Assembly: GCA_002269645.1 (NCBI GenBank)
Contig: NIVC01003142.1
Span: forward strand, 1 to 64,000
From: Macrostomum lignano
Taxonomy: Eukaryota
Direction: 5' to 3'
Length of the DNA stretch: 64,000 bases
Positions within the stretch are counted from its first letter, which is position 1; each line of letters starts with the position of its first letter. A program made the position numbers and the translations under genes. This document shows, in pieces, positions 57,734 to 64,000 of the stretch. The notes under the pieces are model-generated. The model made no database searches, was not told where the DNA came from, and saw only the letters and a program-made list of their open reading frames with translations.

Positions 57734-58228
57734 CTACTGACAAATGACTAATCCAGCACGAATGTCCCAAGACGTACCAGGAACGAATCCAGTAGGATAA
57801 ACTTCGTTTCTATAGGCCCCTCCGCAGGTCTTGCTGCTGTCTCCGCCGCACGCCATTTTGCAATCGGAGTCGCTAGCCTTGCCGTGCTTGCCATACGAGT
57901 TGCCGCAGAGGCACCAGTTACTGGCTTGGAGACCGGCGTACTTGTAGTTCTGAGATTTGCAGCGGCTCACGCAGGACTCGGGCGTAGTCGACGACGAATG
58001 ATGGAGAACCGGCAGGTCTCTGTCACTCCCCTTGTCCACGTAGCAGCCGAGGGAAGTAAGTGCTGCAAAATGTTTTAAGCGAGAACGTGACTTTTCAGTC
58101 TTCACTTTTTTCACTGAGCAAACGGAGGCATGGATTAGAGTCCTTCCTTTCTCTATAGGCTTACCTTCAGCACATCCCGCGGCCAGACACAGGCAGACGA
58201 GAATCGCTGGCAGAGGTTGAGTAGCCAT
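57734..58228 (-). CDS. Small secreted single-WSC-domain protein (~131 aa), 2 exons (58228-58165, 58062-57734)
   Basis: Signal peptide MATQPLPAILVCLCLAAGCAE; GTAAGC donor and TTTTGCAG acceptor in phase 1; WSC signature LGCY.D...R.L...T.ESC...C.....YAGLQ...WC.CGN...C...C.G.....CGG. Confidence 0.92.
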   Translation of the reverse strand: MATQPLPAILVCLCLAAGCAEGKPIEKGRTLIHASVCSVKKVKTEKSRSRLKHFAALTSLGCYVDKGSDRDLPVLHHSSSTTPESCVSRCKSQNYKYAGLQASNWCLCGNSYGKHGKASDSDCKMACGGDSSKTCGGAYRNEVYPTGFVPGTSWDIRAGLVICQ

Positions 58229-59251
58229 TCGAGTTCAGTTGAGTTCGCCCAGAAGCCCTGAGTGATGGCGGCCGAAGTTGTGGCTGAATCGGAATATTAC
58301 TGCTGGTTAAGCTTTTTAAAAGCGATTCTTCTAGGGACTTTATGAGTTCTCCGAAGCAGGTGCCTTTTTGGAAACTTGTGTCCAGCGGAGGGTGGTTCAG
58401 TCATTCGCATTGCAATATCCACTGCTCAAGCATTGGGCTTGCGGCTGCGACATAGCAGCGCTACAGCTTGAGTGACCTCACTAAACTGGGTCTGCTGGAA
58501 ACCCCAGTTTCAAGAATTTATCGAAGCCGCCAATGCATTGTAAACTTGAGTCGGCGACTAAAAACCATACTGAGCTTGTTCGGCGGATTTGTGTTCGATA
58601 TTTGCTTGCTAGACTGGTTGGCGCCTCTGCTGGGGCAAAGGACAGCATTGTAAAACTTGGAGAGCCGTTTGATTGAAGTAAAAAAAACTGAAGACACGAT
58701 TCAGCAATCGCCATTGGGATAAGACAGGGGAGGAGTAACTTCTATACAATCGATTAACTCGTAATTCTAACCTCATGAGGCATTATAAATGAAAAACTTG
58801 GCTTTTCTTTGCCCTTCGATTTCTAGTGTTCTGATGATCAACCTGGCTTTTGGTTGAACGCTTCACTAGTGGCTGATTCCGGTGGTTAGGGCTGTGGAAC
58901 ATGCGAGGGGATAGACTGCGCTGATATTCCCCGTCTTCTTAAAACGGTTGTGTAGCCAGCTTGTGGCCTCAAATGCCCAGTGGCCATGTAAAACGGCTGT
59001 GACACAACAGCGCCGGTTAAGGCGCTTTAACTCCTCGCTAGCTACATCCTGAATAACAATGGCCTCTTTGTACGCTCGTAATTGTTGCAAAAGCTGTCTG
59101 CATATGTCTTCCACCCTGTAAATCCCCTTTATCTCGATAGCAGTTCAAAAGTGCAATTCTAAAACAGCATGATTTAGCTGGAGCTCAGCTTGATCCGAGT
59201 GCTTGCTTCACGTTGATGCAAGCAGCTTTAAGCAAAACAGAGTGCCTAATG

Positions 59252-59606
59252 AGGGGGGCCGTAGCCCAGCGGTAGCGCAGCTGCTCTGGTGTGCCAGCGA
59301 CCCAGGCTCGATTCCAAGTGCAGTCACATTAATTTGGGGCTGAATTGGAATCTCGGCTTGGCTCTGCTCGTGCAATTAACGGCCTTGAGAGCCAACCCCC
59401 CAAGGCGCAGTGAAGTGTACATGCCTAACGATAATATAAAGTTAGCTGTACACTCCTGTGTCAGTGTGTGCCTGCGTACGTATCCGCGCGCTTGTATGCC
59501 TGCTCAGGGGAGTCGGCGGAATAGGCAGTAATGCCTCTCGCCGGTTGTGTGCCAATGTCGCTTAAAGTGCGCCAGGGTGCACACAACCCCCCTGCCTCTA
59601 AAAAAA
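59252..59606 (+). mobile_element. Full-length tRNA-derived SINE (~355 bp) with 13-bp TSD
   Basis: A box TAGCCCAGCGG (~59262), B box GGCTCGATTCC (59305-59315), A-tail 59600-59607, TSD AGAGTGCCTAATG at 59239-59251 and 59607-59619. Confidence 0.9.
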
Positions 59607-61074
59607 AGAGTGCCTAATGCTAATTTACGAATGCAATTCCGAAGTAGTGAGAATTGACGAAAGGCCATCCTTGTCAACACAAAGATAAATATAAGTACAC
59701 TGTAATATAAGATCTTTATATGCGGATATCCCATTGTTAGTACAGCAAGTTTGCCAAATGGAAAATGTCAATCTATCTGCAAGCTTGTTCAGTTTAAATT
59801 AAGCCTTAAAAGAATCATTGAAGCAAATTTTAAAGAAAATATGGCACAGGAGAAAACTATAACAATTAGCTTGAGAGTATAGCGAGACGTCCGAGCAGAT
59901 CGATTTGGCTCTTGAGTTTGCAGGGCTCGCCGCTTGTTCCTAACTTTCTGGACTAACTGAGGCATTTTTTCAGGCTGCAATGCATTTGCTTTTAGCTTTA
60001 CAAGTTTTTTTTGCAGCCAAGCCCCCTGTGCGACTAAGGCGGTAAAACTGAATCATTGTTCCACAGCTTCTCCAACTGCTGACGGTTGAAGAATCGACCG
60101 ATTATGATGCATTATGATGTATGATATCGCAGGCACTCTACTCAACCTCCTCTTTGAGTCTCTTCTTGTCTTAGCCCTGAATTTGTACAAAAGTGTGGCA
60201 TTGGCGGTAGTAAAATTAGGATAGTCCCATTGCTGTAATAATTAATGGCGCTCTGTAAAGTCGTCTCATTATGTAGCTCTACTCGAAGTTAAATGGGGAA
60301 TAGGGCAGTCTACGAGCTATGGTTGGCTCACATTACGAACCTGCTGCACAGTTATAGACTTTGTTAATTTAGCAATAATGAAAAATATCTCTCGATGTAT
60401 GTCAGTTAGTTTATTTATTTACAGTTGGCTCCAGGGTAGGTGGCCCTGGATTGCAGGGCTCAGGCCAAAGGCCTCGAAGATCGATCACATTGTCTAAGAT
60501 GCCAAGTGTCAATTGGGAGTTTTTTGCTTTGGTTTTGGTTTGGGTTTTCGATATCTGATAGCTGATAGTGACTGTACAAGGTCGAAAGCTACAAGTAGTT
60601 TATTCAAAAGTAATTTTTCCTTTCGCTGTTGTTTCCCCAACGGGGGGCGAAATTTGCTATAAGTATACGTATCTATAAAATTGAATCAACTGCCGGTCCT
60701 GCATACTTTAAAGTTGCTATGTGTTTTGCTTTAATGGCCATCAGACGTTGGTCCAGTGATGCGATACCATAGACTAAAAGAGCTGAAGTATCTTTAGTTT
60801 CAACAAAATCCTCTATAATAATTAATAGACATCCCTTTCATATCTTGCCAACTCAGCTTTAACCGATCAACACCCATAGCCTTTTGGATTTAGTTGATCG
60901 AACTTTATTAGATCGAATCAGACAGTACAATCATTTTTTCATGTATAGGTAAAATTATATTGATAGATTTGCTACTATTTAGCAAAATACGCTCGTAATT
61001 ATCGAATATTTATGTCTGGCTAGAAAACTATAGGTCGAAACTCCCCCAGCGAGGAGCTAATACTAATAGTTGCT

Positions 61075-63748
61075 ATGAAAACCAGTCGATTATCTAATAC
61101 CGCAACCGGTGTCAGTCGGCTCAGTCTCAGCAGCACCGGTGGCACGGATGGCGGCACCACCGAAGGAGGCGGTGGCGACTTCGGCAATCAATGCGCAGAC
61201 GGTAGCTACGCCGATGACAGCACTGACGAAGGCTCGACAAATATTGCTAAGGCGGAAGCGACTGGAACGGGGGCCGAGGGCGAGTCGGAACCCGCCATGC
61301 CGGAGGAAGTGTTTAAATGGATGGCGCACACCGTTAACCAGGACTTCATTAGACTGGGCTATCCCACCATCCTCACTAAATCTGCCGATCAAGAATACGT
61401 AAGTCTGTGCCCGCTAATCCGAAACTGTTCCTCGGTGCTGACGCTGCTGAAAGCTCGACGATGCAGCTCGGCTGATGCCTCCGCTACCGCCGCCTCGGCT
61501 GCTGCTGACTCGACAACGGCTACCTCAGCCGGAGGAGTAGCCGCTGCTTCAACGCTAAGCCGTCGAAAACGACGTCGATGGGGTCTGTTCTCCAGTGGCA
61601 AGCAGAACCGGAGAGCAACTCGACAGCCGCAGCAGGGAGGAGCGCACCAGCATCATCATCAGCAGCTTTATCACCAAAACCATCAGCAGCAGCAGCATGA
61701 CCAGTCGCAATCTCTAAGCGAATCGATGACTACGGTAGACAGTCTTCACGAAAGCATGGCTAGGAAGATGCGCAGAGATACTGAACGAATTATTCGACGC
61801 ACCCGATGCTTAGACGCGCGCGCTCTGCAGACGGCCGGGCTGCAGGAGCCGGCGCCCTACCCAGAGGGCAGCACGGCGCGCAGCGACTACGCCTTTGTCC
61901 GGTCCACTTGGCGTAGCTTTCGAAAACTGGCGCAACAGCGAATCGCGGAGAGCGCGGAACTGGCTAAGAGGGCCGAAGAGCTGCAACGGCAGGTGAGAAG
62001 TGAAGTTTAATAACTCCGTTTTTTGTCCTGCAGCCAACTGTTATGAATTGCTTAAAGCAACAAAAAAGTTTAAGCATCGACTTCAAGCTTCATTGAGATT
62101 TGCATTAAAACTACCCTAAAAATATTTTGCATTGATTTGCGTTGATTTCGGAAGTTTTGAAACTTTTAAATATGAATTGTCTGATTGTACCTGATTGACG
62201 TAGAAGTTGTTCAGTTGTACCATAAAATTATCCAACACAATGTACCAAAAAGTGTCTGACAATATGCCAATTGTCTGATACTTAAGCACCAATTAACTTT
62301 GTAAGCTTTGTAGGTCACCGACAAGTACATTTACGTCCTACATGTATTTCATAGTGCACCATTATCAACTTTTGCATGCTTTTTCCAGGGTCTAACCATG
62401 CTCAATTATCCTCTTTTAAGAGAAGTGCACTGACCCTGGTCTCAAACGTTTTCAGCTCACCGATGCGAACATGGAGATTGAGCAACTTCGTACGTCGATC
62501 AATTCGTCCAACAACCAGCAGTCTCAGCAGCAGCCAGCTTCGACATCAATAGCTTCAGCGCAAGAGGCAGCTGGAGGAGGCCGGCTTCAGCGAGTTGGCG
62601 GCTTCCTGCGACGTGCCGTATCGCGCGAACGCCTGACCTTCGGCCGGTCCGCATCTCGCCTGGATGCCTCAACGACGCCTAATCATCCTCAGCAGCTGCA
62701 ACAGCAGCAGTGGCCGAGTCGTCCTCAGTCGGACACACGGAGTCGGGCAAGCTCCCAGCCTCCTCCATCGTCATCAATCGCTGTAGCAAATCACAGAGGA
62801 GTAGAAGACGACTCTGAGCTACATCGAATTCGAGCGGAATTTGACAGACGCGAACGCTTGCTTCTGGCCGAACGGGAGAGACTTCGACAAGCCAACAGCA
62901 AGCTGACATTTCGCATCCAGTATCTCAGCGGTGTGGCCTCGGCCGCTGCCAAGCAGCAGCAGCAGCATCAGCAGCAGCAACAGCAATCCAATCCAAGTTT
63001 CAAAACTGATCGTCGATTACGTCGAGCCGAGCGTCGAGTCTCCGAGCTGCAGCGGGAGACTTCCAGTCTGCGCAAGTCGTTGGGTGAGAAAACCGACGCA
63101 CTCAAAAGTATCACGTCGGCCGCCGCGCAGCTGCAACGGCACAGCGATGAAACTGCCGACACTAAGCCTGATCATTTAGCGCCACCGGCTCCGCCGCCGG
63201 TGGATGAACCATCGAGGCTGGCCAAATTCGTTGAATCTATCTGCCATGTTGCCTGCACGCGTCTGCAACGGTTGCAGCGTCAGTGCACCGACGCGGAAGC
63301 TCGCGTCGCCGCTCTGACCGAATGCCTTCGTCCAGCCGCTGCAGCTCCGGCTGCGACGCCCAGCGTCGCATCCCCTGCGCCCAGCGCCGCAACAATTGCG
63401 TCTCCAAATGCGGTAACGCCGACAGCTACGGCAATGGATAGCGTCGTTGATCAGCCAACGCTGGAGCAGACGCAGCTCGACTTGGTCAACCGAATCAAGA
63501 GCCAACTGGCGGCGTTGGGTTTCGATCGTCAGGAAGGGGTAGGGGACGGGTCCAGGGTAACTGGCAAAGCTGCTGGAGGCGGCGACATAGAGCGGTCGCA
63601 TCGATCGGTTTTTTCCGAAGCTTTCAGACACCTGCAAGAACAACAGCAGCAGCAGCAGCAACAGCAGAAGCAGCAACAACAACAACAGAAGAGAATGCGT
63701 CGAGCTTCGCACGATCCGAGAGCTCAGAACAGCTTGCACTTCTATTAG
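61075..63748 (+). CDS. Two-exon coiled-coil, low-complexity (poly-Q/A/S) protein, ~736 aa; tentative N-terminal resemblance to ADIP/SSX2IP (Msd1) family
   Basis: Exons 61075-61992 and 62456-63748 joined in phase 0 (GTGAGA / TTTTCAG). The segment VNQDFIRLGYPTIL...LIRNCSSVLTLL recalls the ADIP N-terminus (from memory, unverified); heptad-like stretches follow. Confidence 0.75.
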
Positions 63749-64000
63749 TTTGAATAGCCAGACAGAAAGCAGTAAAAAGAGTAAAAAGTAAAACAATGAA
63801 TTCAATTTAGCCAGCTGCAAAACAAACTTCCTTCATCCAATAGACCAACAAAACTGCCGTTTTACAATTTCGTTTAACATGTACTGCAACTGCAGATAGA
63901 AGACGAGGTTATTTTTGTCTAAAAAGCTGTAACGCATTCTGTTTCTGCCCCCACACATTTTCTTACCTTTATAGAATCTTACTTGTGTCGAAGTTGTACT

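Noticed and set aside
58481-59114. Two minus-strand ORFs upstream of the WSC gene
   Set aside because: No recognisable motif and no consistent exon chain; may be real but unsupported.

Overview
Eukaryotic (invertebrate animal) genomic DNA. GC-rich exons with tandem-repeat-filled introns resemble a free-living flatworm such as Macrostomum, but that is inference only. 1-19150 (+): 19 exons of a hemicentin-family gene (end of the vWA-adjacent N-terminal region, ~20 Ig domains, one TSP1, EGF repeats, fibulin-type C-terminus). An intronless C-type lectin gene is nested antisense in its first visible intron. 21728-29038 (-): convergent NDRG-family gene with a frame-preserving 75-nt extra exon. Most larger introns of both genes carry their own minisatellite. 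29.2-50.2 kb: CpG-decayed transposon graveyard (mariner, RNase H-type LINE, MULE, MITEs) interrupted by a very young Ty3/Gypsy (Mag-like) LTR element at 38709-43238 with apparently identical 314-bp LTRs and a 5-bp TSD. The standout observation is that this element carries a 53-nt antisense copy of the whole 3' half of mature tRNA-Ser(GCT) where an ~18-nt primer-binding site is expected. The copy includes CCA, has its only departure from tRNA consensus at position 58 (m1A) and ends at position 33, next to m3C32, and it replaces the start of gag. 52-64 kb: P-type foldback MITEs, a secreted WSC-domain gene with a near-identical stop-containing duplicate exon, a full-length tRNA-derived SINE and a two-exon coiled-coil gene. 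Several single-base indels in homopolymers suggest long-read consensus errors. All coordinates, repeat units and translations were read by eye, and no database searches were run.
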